Positions 46,696 through 55,366 of a stretch of 64,000 nucleotides of DNA are shown here, in pieces. Location: positions 8,662 through 72,661 of the forward strand of contig JBCBBI010000016.1 of NCBI GenBank assembly GCA_038531775.1. The letters run 5' to 3'. Numbering within the stretch: position 1 is the stretch's first letter; every line of letters starts with the position of its first letter. Source of the DNA: Pseudomonadota bacterium. Its GTDB lineage: Bacteria > Pseudomonadota > Alphaproteobacteria > Rhodobacterales > Rhodobacteraceae. A model generated the notes under the pieces. It was not told where the DNA came from. It made no database searches and worked only from the letters and a program-made list of their open reading frames with translations. Made by a program: the position numbers and the translations under genes.

Positions 46696-46841
46696 AAAGT
46701 GACGAGCACTTAAGTCGGTCGCGCCGCACGTTTTCGCCGGTTCCGCTCAAAAATTTTGTGGATTGGGGTATGACAGATGCAGTTCAGGACAAAAACCAAC
46801 TGGGTCATCTTGCGGGCCTCTCTGCTCAAAACCCAAAGGGT

Positions 46842-47666
46842 CTAGCGCACCATAGTCAGACGGTTCCATTCTGCATATTCGGGTGATCCCTCGTTATTGA
46901 TTTCGCCGTCGTAGCCAAATTCAATCTGATGAACGATGGTGGAATTCGCATCTGCAAATACGACGGAATACGCTTCAATTAGGTCCGCGGTGGAGAGCAA
47001 CCTATTCGCAGCAAAATCGGGCCAGCCTGCGTGATTGGTGCCGCGCGGCGCGGAAAACGGGATTCCCTGCAGGGAACCCGATAACGTCAAATGGCAATGG
47101 CCGTGAAAGATGTGACGGATCTTGTCCCGATGTGGCGCTAAGGTCTGCGCAAAACGATCACGCTCCTGCAGCATTATTTTGTCCATAGGCCCCACGCGCG
47201 TCGGCACCGGGTTGTGATGCATGTAAATCCAGATCGGTCCTGGAAGGGTTTGCAATCGATCATCCAACCACGCGGCGCGGGCTGCACAGAAATGCCCCGC
47301 ATGGGTGTTGGGCCCCCAGGTGTCAAGCGTGATGGCGTGACCCAAGGAGAGCGGAATAACGTGTTGCACAAAGCCACCATCGCCCTTCAAATCCGGGAAG
47401 ACCTCAAGCAGATTCGACCGGTCGTCATGGTTGCCTATCAACAGATGAACCGGCACCGGCAGCGTTGCGATCCTTTCTTTGAGGCGCCGGTAGTCTTCCA
47501 AGTCTCCCCAATCAGAAAGATCGCCGGTGATGAACAGCGCCTCCGCATCCGCGTGCAGCGCCATGGCGTGGTCAAGCGCGTGTTCAAAATTGGCATTGGG
47601 ATCGCGCCCGCCGATGGTTTGGCCAGGCGTGGTCAGATGAATGTCAGTAAACTGGAGGAGTTTCAT
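46842..47666 (-). CDS. Calcineurin-like metallophosphoesterase (CpdA/GpdQ-like phosphodiesterase)
   Basis: TDIH, TGDL, GNHD, MHH, GHCH. Confidence 0.9.
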   Translation of the reverse strand: MKLLQFTDIHLTTPGQTIGGRDPNANFEHALDHAMALHADAEALFITGDLSDWGDLEDYRRLKERIATLPVPVHLLIGNHDDRSNLLEVFPDLKGDGGFVQHVIPLSLGHAITLDTWGPNTHAGHFCAARAAWLDDRLQTLPGPIWIYMHHNPVPTRVGPMDKIMLQERDRFAQTLAPHRDKIRHIFHGHCHLTLSGSLQGIPFSAPRGTNHAGWPDFAANRLLSTADLIEAYSVVFADANSTIVHQIEFGYDGEINNEGSPEYAEWNRLTMVR

Positions 47667-47700
47667 GCTATTCTTCTTGCTGAAAAAATCCTGAGGAGGT

Positions 47701-47723
47701 CTGGGGGAGCAACGCTCCCCCAG
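47701..47723. other. Intercistronic stem-loop after the SBP gene
   Basis: CTGGGGGAGC-AAC-GCTCCCCCAG, perfect 10-bp stem. Confidence 0.65.
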
Positions 47724-47732
47724 TTTGGTGCT

Positions 47733-48992
47733 TTAGGAACCGGTCGGAAGCAGGTCCTGAACTTCTTCGCTCAACTCTTCTTGCAGCTCTTCCATGTCGT
47801 CGAACTCTCCGGTCACGATGCCTTCAAGCGCGTCATAGATCACTTGCGTGGCCGCAAGACCGTTGTCGCCCGGATAGGCTTGCCACTCGCGCAGAAGTGG
47901 CAATTGGCGCACGGCGGTGGCCTTTGTGGGGTTCTCGGCATAGAAATCCGCCAGGATGATTTCATTGGCAGCCTGGTTGGGCGGCATGTAGCCCGTTGTC
48001 CGCGCCACATCCGCAGCACCCTCACCCGATGTGATGAACTTCAGCCACTTCCACGCCGCATCCAGCTCTGCTGGGTCCTCAGATGTAGAGACCAGCATGG
48101 CCGAATTGCCGCCCGCAGGCAGACCCATAGGGCCTTTATCCGTCAGACCAGGGAACTCATTCGTCACAAGTGTGAAATCCCCCATAGAGCGTTCTACGGC
48201 TCCCACAGCGGAGGTGGACCAGAACATCATGCCCACGTCGCCCGCAGCAAAGGAGGCCAGTGCAGCCTTCCATTCAAGGTTCTGCATTTCACAACCACGA
48301 AAGATGTCATGCATGGTATTGAGTGCGGTCAAGCCTTCGGGTTCATCAAGCGTGAAATCCGTGCCCATGACAGTGGGTTTGTCCTGGCTCCACATCAGGG
48401 CTTGCAGGAACCAGTTCCCGGTGATGTTCCAGCCCCAGAAGACCGGGTTGTCGACTCCCGCTTCCTTCAGCGCAACGCAAGCTGCGATCACCTCTTCCCA
48501 TGTGGTGGGCAGGTTTTCGGTGGTGTAGCCTGCTTTGGCCATCGTCTCCATGTTGTAGTAGCTGACAGGTAGTGAGATGGAGAAGGGCAGACCATGGACA
48601 TCGCCCTCAAACGTGCCCAGATCCAGCATCGCCCTGTGATAGCCATCCTTGGCAAAATCGGCTTCTTCCGCGATGAACGGCTCCAGCGATTTGGCGATGC
48701 CCTTTTCCACCAGGATCGCCTGCCGGTTCAAACCCTGCATAGTCACATCGGGCAGCGTGCCCGCAACAGACTCGCGCAGGATGGTGTTGGTGCCGTCCTC
48801 ATAGCTTTCGTAGGTTGCGCGCATCTTCACTTCGATGTTGGGATGCGCCTCATAAAATTTCGGTAGGATCTTTTCATAGGTCACGTCAAAGAGGTGGCTA
48901 TAGGGGTAGGCAAATTCGATGACGATCTTGTCTTCTGCCAAGGTGGGGCCTGCGAGCAGTGCAAGCGCCATTGCGGTTGTGAGTTTTTTCAT
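47733..48992 (-). CDS. ABC transporter substrate-binding protein (UgpB-like, CUT1 family)
   Basis: Signal peptide; LPFSISLPVSYYN, PTTWEE, GGNSAM, TGYMP; operon context. Confidence 0.85.
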   Translation of the reverse strand: MKKLTTAMALALLAGPTLAEDKIVIEFAYPYSHLFDVTYEKILPKFYEAHPNIEVKMRATYESYEDGTNTILRESVAGTLPDVTMQGLNRQAILVEKGIAKSLEPFIAEEADFAKDGYHRAMLDLGTFEGDVHGLPFSISLPVSYYNMETMAKAGYTTENLPTTWEEVIAACVALKEAGVDNPVFWGWNITGNWFLQALMWSQDKPTVMGTDFTLDEPEGLTALNTMHDIFRGCEMQNLEWKAALASFAAGDVGMMFWSTSAVGAVERSMGDFTLVTNEFPGLTDKGPMGLPAGGNSAMLVSTSEDPAELDAAWKWLKFITSGEGAADVARTTGYMPPNQAANEIILADFYAENPTKATAVRQLPLLREWQAYPGDNGLAATQVIYDALEGIVTGEFDDMEELQEELSEEVQDLLPTGS

Positions 48993-49092
48993 TACTCTCT
49001 CCATGTGCTAGGGGCCTGACGGTTTGGCGATTGGCAGCGCCCCGGTTGGTATCCCGTTTGGGATTTCGTTGTGGGGTGGGCCTTGGCCCGCC

Positions 49093-50028
49093 CTACTTCA
49101 TTCCGGACAATGTGATCCCTTCGATGAAACGGCGTTGCGCCAGAAGGAAGGCCACGATGAGCGGGGTCACGATGATGCAGGCGGTGGCCATCATCGGCCC
49201 GAAATTATCCCCATCCGCATCGCCTTTGAATTCACGCAGTCCCAGTGGCGGCGTGAACAGATCACGATTGCCGGTGATCACAATGCGGGGCCAAAAGTAA
49301 TCATTCCAATGGGCCACCACGCTGAAGATACCAAAGGCCATCAGCGCGGGGATCGCCGTGGGCAGCATCACGTTCCAGACGATGGAATATTCACTCATCC
49401 CGTCCATCCGCGCGGCATCTATGAGGTCATCGGGGACGGTCATGAAGAATTGCCGCATCAGAAAAATGCCAAACACCGATATTGTCCACGGTATAATCAA
49501 AGCTGCGTAAGAATTGGTCAGCCCAAGCTTGGCCAGCATGATGTAAAGCGGCAGCGCGATCGCATGGACCGGGATCAGCAAGCAAAAGAGCACCAGCCCA
49601 AACACCGCCTCTCGCCCCCAGAATTTCAACTTGGCGAGCGCATAGGCGCAAGGCAGCGCGACGATCACCTGAATGAGGAAAATAGAGACCGTCACGATCA
49701 CGCCGTTGAGCAGATACCGCACCAGCGGCGCTTTCTCGAACGCGGTTGTGTAGTTATAGACGATTGGATTAACCATGCAGTCCTCGACCGCGTTGCCTAG
49801 CTTCACACAGAAGTCATCCCGGAAGGGTTCCTGAGACCCCAAAAACCCACCGGTCTGCTGCATGATCTCTGCCGGTGCCTTCAGCGAGTAACTGACCATC
49901 ACGTAGAAGGGCAGCAACACGACAATTGCCCCCAGTATCAGCACAGCATGTTTCATCGTCTCGCGGGTTGAAAAACCAAGAGTGAGACTGTCGATAAGGA
50001 CGGACGAGCGGGCACTCATATCAGACAT
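49093..50028 (-). CDS. CUT1 ABC permease (UgpE-like)
   Basis: PDDLIDAARMDG EAA motif; HWNDYFWP. Confidence 0.9.
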   Translation of the reverse strand: MSDMSARSSVLIDSLTLGFSTRETMKHAVLILGAIVVLLPFYVMVSYSLKAPAEIMQQTGGFLGSQEPFRDDFCVKLGNAVEDCMVNPIVYNYTTAFEKAPLVRYLLNGVIVTVSIFLIQVIVALPCAYALAKLKFWGREAVFGLVLFCLLIPVHAIALPLYIMLAKLGLTNSYAALIIPWTISVFGIFLMRQFFMTVPDDLIDAARMDGMSEYSIVWNVMLPTAIPALMAFGIFSVVAHWNDYFWPRIVITGNRDLFTPPLGLREFKGDADGDNFGPMMATACIIVTPLIVAFLLAQRRFIEGITLSGMK

Positions 50029-50941
50029 AATGCGTCCTCCGTTCCACCAGCCATCGCTGCAGGATGGTCAGGAACATCACAAAGCCGAGGAAAACGACCG
50101 TAATCGCCGCCCCGATCCCCATCAGGTTCTGCTGAATGGCTTTTTCATAAATAGCGAACATCATCACATAGACGGATTTCGACGGACCTCCGCCTTGGGG
50201 ATAGAACGCCTCGACCGTGTCAAAGACCTGAAAAGACCGGATGAAACTGATTGTCACCACGAACACTGTGGTTGGCCCCAGCATCGGCCATGTCACCAGG
50301 CGAAACCGCTCCCACCCCGTTTGCGCACCGTCCATTTCAGCGGCGTTGTAAAGCGTGCGCGGGATGGATGTGAGCCCGGCAAGGTAGAGCACCATGTTGA
50401 ATCCAAAGCCCTGCCAGACGCCGATAAAAGCAACCGTCCAGATGGCATAATCCCGATCGGTCAGCCAAAGCGGGAAGGTGCGTGCGCAGCCGGCAGCGTA
50501 CCAATCCCACGCCTCAAGCCACGTGCCGCAGCCCCGCTCCAACGTCGCGTTTATGATCCCGATGGTGGGGTGGAAGGCGAATTCCCATACAATGGCCATG
50601 GCAATCAGCGCAGCCATTACAGGCAAGAAATAGATCGTCTTGTACAGATCGCCGAACCGCGTCAGCGAGTGGATCAGCAGCGCCGCCCCAAGGCCGAGAA
50701 GCACCGTCAGTGGCACCACCACAAAGACATAGCGGAACGTGGCGCCAAACATCTTTTCATAGGTCGTGCGCGTGAAGATGCGCTCATAGTTCTCGGTGCC
50801 GACGAAATTCGCGCTTGTATTGCCCAGAGAGTAATCCGTAAAGCTCAGCGCGCCCGCGATCCCGATGGGTAAAAGCAGGATCAAAACCATCAAAACAATG
50901 GCAGGCCCAATAAACCACAGATAGGCGCGCGAGCCGGGCAT
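50021..50941 (-). CDS. CUT1 ABC permease (UgpA-like)
   Basis: YLAGLTSIPRTLYNAAEMDGA; FRLVTWPML. Confidence 0.9.
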   Translation of the reverse strand: MPGSRAYLWFIGPAIVLMVLILLLPIGIAGALSFTDYSLGNTSANFVGTENYERIFTRTTYEKMFGATFRYVFVVVPLTVLLGLGAALLIHSLTRFGDLYKTIYFLPVMAALIAMAIVWEFAFHPTIGIINATLERGCGTWLEAWDWYAAGCARTFPLWLTDRDYAIWTVAFIGVWQGFGFNMVLYLAGLTSIPRTLYNAAEMDGAQTGWERFRLVTWPMLGPTTVFVVTISFIRSFQVFDTVEAFYPQGGGPSKSVYVMMFAIYEKAIQQNLMGIGAAITVVFLGFVMFLTILQRWLVERRTHYV

Positions 50942-52095
50942 TAGGCGACCTCCACCAGGCTGGTCCTTGCCACGCGAAGCCGCTGGCCGTCGGCCCCAAA
51001 CACATGCACCTCATCCAAAAGGCCAGAAAACGTCACTTCTTCTTCCAGCCCCGTGCCCGCCAAAATCTTGGGATGGCTGCGCAAGATCACTGGCTTTTCC
51101 AACCCCGCCACCTGAGCGTGGAGGAAGACATCAGAGCCAAGGTTTTCCCGATGCCGGATCACGCCTTTGAATGGACCATCCGGGTCCAATTTCAGATGCT
51201 CTGGTCGTATCCCGACGGAGACGGGTTGTCGTGTCAGTTGCGTGTCAGGGATAAGAGCCTTGCCCATCACCGACAGGCCGCCCGTTCCGTTGATCTCCCC
51301 TGGCAGGATATTGATCGCGGGGGAGCCCACGAATTTGGCCACTTCGAGCGAGGCAGGCGCGCTATAGACATGCGATGGGCGCCCATATTGCAGGATTTGT
51401 CCGTTCATCATAACCGCCATCTGATCCGACATGGTCAGCGCCTCAGCCTGGTCATGGGTCACGTAAACGAAGGTGGTCTTTAACCGCCGATGCAATTCCG
51501 ACAGTTCCGCCCGCATATGCACGCGCAACGCCGCATCAAGATTGGACAGCGGCTCATCCATCAGAAACGCGATAGGGTTGCGCACCATGGCACGCCCAAG
51601 GGCAGCGCGTTGCCGTTGACCGCCCGAGAGCTGCCCAGGCTTGCGATCAAGTAGCGCCTCGATCTTCAGCGTCTCTGCCGTGCGATGCACTTGCTTTCTC
51701 AGGCGCAAATGCTCCGTTCGCGCCAGGATCGGCCCTACGAAAGGCAACCGCCCAGCAAGCCTCAGATCACGCAGCTTCAAAGGCGTCATCATGTTCTCCG
51801 CCACGGTCAAATGCGGGTAGAGGGCATAGGATTGAAAAACCATCGCCAGATTGCGATCCGCCGGGCGCGTGCAGGTTACATCCTGGTCGCCGATCAGCAC
51901 CTTGCCTGTGTCCGCGGCCTCAAGCCCGGCCAGAATGCGTAAGAGAGTAGATTTTCCGCAGCCTGACGGCCCCACCAGCGTCACGAATTGACCGGCCTCA
52001 ACCGCCAAGTCAATTCCACGCAGCACCTCAGTTTCACCAAAGGATTTACCAATGCCTGACAGCACAATCTTCGACATCCCACCCTCGTTCATCAT
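50941..52095 (-). CDS. CUT1 ABC ATP-binding protein (UgpC/MalK-like)
   Basis: GPSGCGKST, VFQSYALYPH, LSGGQRQR, DEPLSNLD. Confidence 0.93.
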   Translation of the reverse strand: MMNEGGMSKIVLSGIGKSFGETEVLRGIDLAVEAGQFVTLVGPSGCGKSTLLRILAGLEAADTGKVLIGDQDVTCTRPADRNLAMVFQSYALYPHLTVAENMMTPLKLRDLRLAGRLPFVGPILARTEHLRLRKQVHRTAETLKIEALLDRKPGQLSGGQRQRAALGRAMVRNPIAFLMDEPLSNLDAALRVHMRAELSELHRRLKTTFVYVTHDQAEALTMSDQMAVMMNGQILQYGRPSHVYSAPASLEVAKFVGSPAINILPGEINGTGGLSVMGKALIPDTQLTRQPVSVGIRPEHLKLDPDGPFKGVIRHRENLGSDVFLHAQVAGLEKPVILRSHPKILAGTGLEEEVTFSGLLDEVHVFGADGQRLRVARTSLVEVA

Positions 52096-52145
52096 GCAGC
52101 TTAGGAAACACTTAGGCGGCGCAAATCTCGATTCTGTGACGACAT

Positions 52146-52160
52146 ATAAGTGTCACTTAT
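52146..52160. promoter_or_regulatory. LysR-type operator ATAAGTG-T-CACTTAT
   Basis: Perfect 7-bp inverted repeat with T-N11-A geometry between the divergent ABC operon and LysR. Confidence 0.65.
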
Positions 52161-52195
52161 GCCTGCTAAACTGATGATAGAAAGGACTGCGCCCG

Positions 52196-53050
52196 GTGTT
52201 CAACCCGTACCATTTCAAAGCCTTTTCCCAGGTCGTAAGGACGGGTAGTTTTTCCGCCGCAGCCCGCGCGATGGGCGTGTCGCAATCGGCAGTTACACAG
52301 CATGTGGCGAACTTGGAAAACACAGTCGGTGTAAGGCTGCTGATCCGCGCCCGCGACGGAGTGCAATTGACCTCAACGGGTCAGGAATTCTTTGACCTGG
52401 CTGATCGCTACGCTGTGCTCGATGCCGTCATCGATGAAAAACTGCGCGGTTATTCTGAGTTTTCCGAAGGCCATCTGCGCATCATCGCCAACGCGCCGCA
52501 GCCTGCCTTGCGCCTGATCTCGAAATACGCGGCACTCTACCCGGATGTGAACATCGATTTCGCCCTGTGCGATTGGACCTCGGCGATGGAGCTGTTGCAG
52601 GGTCAACAAACAGACATTGCCATTGTGACCGATCCCAGCAGGCAAGACGATTGGCACTACGTGCCTGTCTGTCGTGCGCGCTATGTCCTCTACATGCTCA
52701 AGAGCCACCCTTTGGCATCGCGCAACGCCGTTTCTCTGAACGATCTCGTGCCGGAAACCCTGCTTTTGCCCGAAACCGGGTCTCTCACTCAACGGATAGT
52801 GACAGGTGCGCTGAAAAAGAGCGGGCTGACCATGCGGCGGATCGTCAAAGTGACAAGTTTTCCCGTGATGAAAGAGGCCATCCTTGAGGGTCTAGGCGTC
52901 GGCATCTTCCTGGAAAACAGTGCGCAGAAAGAAAGCCAATTGCACGAGGTGCGCATTGAAGAACTGAACCGAGAGCACGAAACGAGCCTTGTGATCCCGA
53001 ATTACAAACTGGATCTCAGGCAGACGCAGAGTTTCCTTAGAATTCTGTGA
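52196..53050 (+). CDS. LysR family transcriptional regulator
   Basis: GSFSAAARAMGVSQSAVTQHVANLE; AAAGGA RBS before GTG. Confidence 0.92.
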   Translation: MFNPYHFKAFSQVVRTGSFSAAARAMGVSQSAVTQHVANLENTVGVRLLIRARDGVQLTSTGQEFFDLADRYAVLDAVIDEKLRGYSEFSEGHLRIIANAPQPALRLISKYAALYPDVNIDFALCDWTSAMELLQGQQTDIAIVTDPSRQDDWHYVPVCRARYVLYMLKSHPLASRNAVSLNDLVPETLLLPETGSLTQRIVTGALKKSGLTMRRIVKVTSFPVMKEAILEGLGVGIFLENSAQKESQLHEVRIEELNREHETSLVIPNYKLDLRQTQSFLRIL

Positions 53051-53438
53051 ACTTTCATTATTGCGAGCTGACCCGAAGCCGTTTGGTTTCCAATATCACT
53101 TGGCTTGAAGACGCTCGATTGTCTAACCGAGTTTATATATGCACCCTCGAAAACTTTAGGGCCTCCTTTGGCGGCGACTACTTTATCGCGTCAGACTACC
53201 CCTGACCCAGCCCCCTAATCAGGGCGAATTGGATGTAGATTACGTTCCTGTTTCTTTCACTGGACTAGTTGCGGTCAAGGCCTGCTAAGCGGAGCTCGAG
53301 TGAGGCAAGCCGTGTGGCACGTTTGGGATCGGCGTAGACGCCCAAAGCCAACCGACACCAGTATTCTGGCACCACCTCAGTGCGGCGTGAGACGTCACTT
53401 AAGTACCGTCATCGAAGGCAGACGTTTATCCGGCCTGC

Positions 53439-54116
53439 TCAAAGGTTGCGCTTCTTCTCAGTAGATAACACCATTTTAGCGGTTTCAGAGAGCATATTGT
53501 CTAGATCGAAACCGCCGCCCATATCCGACAACCGCTTGTCGTAGAGCAAGAAGGACAAGCCATGAACAAAGCTCCAAAGCATAAATCCCCTGTCACGTAC
53601 ATCCTGATTTATTTCAGTTTCGCCGATGCATTTAGCAACCTCTTGAAGGACAAAACCAAATGTGTCTTCTCCGTAAGACTGGAGGCGGTCATCCTCGAGT
53701 TTGTCTGTAAAGCCACCAAATTTTAGTCGGAAAATCCCAGGCTCTTTCAAGGCGAAATTGATATATTCCCTTCCCAAAGCTTTTATGCGCATTGGCGAGC
53801 CTTCTGGAATTTCCTTAATAGATTCCAGCATGTTGGAACGGTGACGCGTCATCCCTTCTAAAACTGTTGCGACGATCATCTCGTTTTTGTCTTTAAAGTG
53901 CTTGTAGGGCGCCGCAGTAGAAACGCCAGCCAGTCGGCATGCGTCCGACACCGAAAAACCGTGCTGGCCTCTTTCTTCGACAAGTCGGCGTGTGGCCTCG
54001 ATCAAACCCGCGCGAAGATCTCCGTGGTGGTATCCCGACTTCACAATCGGATCTGGCGCATGCTCTTCCAACTTCGAAGTGTGCTTTTCTAACGTTTCTT
54101 TCATGATCCAAGTCAT
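53439..54116 (-). CDS. TetR/AcrR family regulator
   Basis: YHHGDLR..LI, FSVSDACRLAGVSTAAPYKHF; WSFVHG. Confidence 0.92.
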   Translation of the reverse strand: MTWIMKETLEKHTSKLEEHAPDPIVKSGYHHGDLRAGLIEATRRLVEERGQHGFSVSDACRLAGVSTAAPYKHFKDKNEMIVATVLEGMTRHRSNMLESIKEIPEGSPMRIKALGREYINFALKEPGIFRLKFGGFTDKLEDDRLQSYGEDTFGFVLQEVAKCIGETEINQDVRDRGFMLWSFVHGLSFLLYDKRLSDMGGGFDLDNMLSETAKMVLSTEKKRNL

Positions 54117-54151
54117 GGCAAATCACGTACCTCTTGTCAAAGTAAGAGAAA

Positions 54152-54175
54152 CTAACATATGTTAGAGGCGCTAAC
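54152..54175. promoter_or_regulatory. Candidate TetR operator
   Basis: Perfect palindrome CTAACATATGTTAG plus overlapping GTTAG-N5-CTAAC, downstream of a TTGTCA -35-like hexamer. Confidence 0.6.
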
Positions 54176-54193
54176 TTTACGAGGATTCGAAAG

Positions 54194-55357
54194 ATGGCAG
54201 GGAAAGAAAAAACCGCCAAAACCGCAGACAAGCCCGGCTACATTATGAAGAGTGTGAATATGCTTGGCCGTGTCGGGCTTACTATTTCGTTTGTCGCCGT
54301 TGCGTTGTTTGCCGTTCAGTTTGGTGCAGCCGAATTAGATCGGCGCGCCGAAGCCTCCCCAGAACCGGAAGCCGCGGCTATCATTCCGGTCTCGACCTCG
54401 CCAGTCGAGTTCAATCAGGGCTATGAGGTCCAGCGTACATTTATCGGCCAGGTGGAGCCGCAAAAGACAACATCGCTCTCTTTTGAACTCGCCGGAAAAC
54501 TCGCAAACATCAGCGTTGAGGAAGGCCACTACGTCAAAAAAGGACAGGTTCTGGCCAAACAAGACGTATCACTCCTTTTGGCCGAACAAGATCAATTGAA
54601 CGCGTCCAAAGCCGCCAACGAAGCGCAACTTGTCTTTGCCAACCAGACAGTTGAACGCAATAGCCAATTGTCCAAGCGCGGTTTTACAAGCCAAGCGGGC
54701 CTTGACGAGGCCATGGCGCGTCAAAGCGAGTTGCTTGCAAGAATTGCCGAAATAGATGCACGCTTGAGCAGCGTGTCGATCCGGATTTCAAAGGCCACGC
54801 TCGTCGCACCATTTGATGGTCAGATAACGGAACGTTTGGTCGACGGCAGTGAAACGCTGAGCGCTGGACAACGCGTTCTTGGCCTCTTGGACACGCGCAA
54901 ACCCCAGGCCCGTGTCGGTGTGCCTTTGGACGTTACCGAAGCAGATCTTAAAGACGCAATAATCAAGATCAACGGTGTCGAACGCGCGGCCGAACTGTTG
55001 AGTCTACGCCCTGATATCGACCAGATCACACGCACTAGAACTGCGATCTTTGAGATTGCTACCCTCGAGGTACCGGCCTTTGGTCAAACAGCCCGCCTCG
55101 TTTTTTCGGAGTGGATTGAAGCGGATGGCGTGTGGACCCTGATCACCAGCCTGAAAGAGGGCGTCAGAGGTCAGTGGACGGTGCTCGTCGTCGACGCCGA
55201 AAATATCGTCAAAACCGCCTCGGTCGAAATCCTTCATGCCGAGACAAATCGGGTTTTTGTGCGCGGAGCGTTTCCGCAAGGCACACGTCTCGTTAATGAA
55301 GGACCGCAACGCGTGACCGTCGGTCAGCGTGTCACCTTAGCGTCAACACAAGACTAG
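54194..55357 (+). CDS. RND efflux membrane fusion protein
   Basis: N-terminal TM; LSFELAGKL...VEEG..VKKGQVLA lipoyl half; LVAPFDG. Confidence 0.92.
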   Translation: MAGKEKTAKTADKPGYIMKSVNMLGRVGLTISFVAVALFAVQFGAAELDRRAEASPEPEAAAIIPVSTSPVEFNQGYEVQRTFIGQVEPQKTTSLSFELAGKLANISVEEGHYVKKGQVLAKQDVSLLLAEQDQLNASKAANEAQLVFANQTVERNSQLSKRGFTSQAGLDEAMARQSELLARIAEIDARLSSVSIRISKATLVAPFDGQITERLVDGSETLSAGQRVLGLLDTRKPQARVGVPLDVTEADLKDAIIKINGVERAAELLSLRPDIDQITRTRTAIFEIATLEVPAFGQTARLVFSEWIEADGVWTLITSLKEGVRGQWTVLVVDAENIVKTASVEILHAETNRVFVRGAFPQGTRLVNEGPQRVTVGQRVTLASTQD

Positions 55358-55366
55358 AGGCTGACG

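Noticed and set aside
47214-48572. 452-aa plus-strand ORF
   Set aside because: Antisense to the phosphoesterase and SBP genes; typical GC-rich shadow frame with no motifs
49024-50872. 258-aa and 296-aa plus-strand ORFs
   Set aside because: Antisense shadows of the ABC permeases
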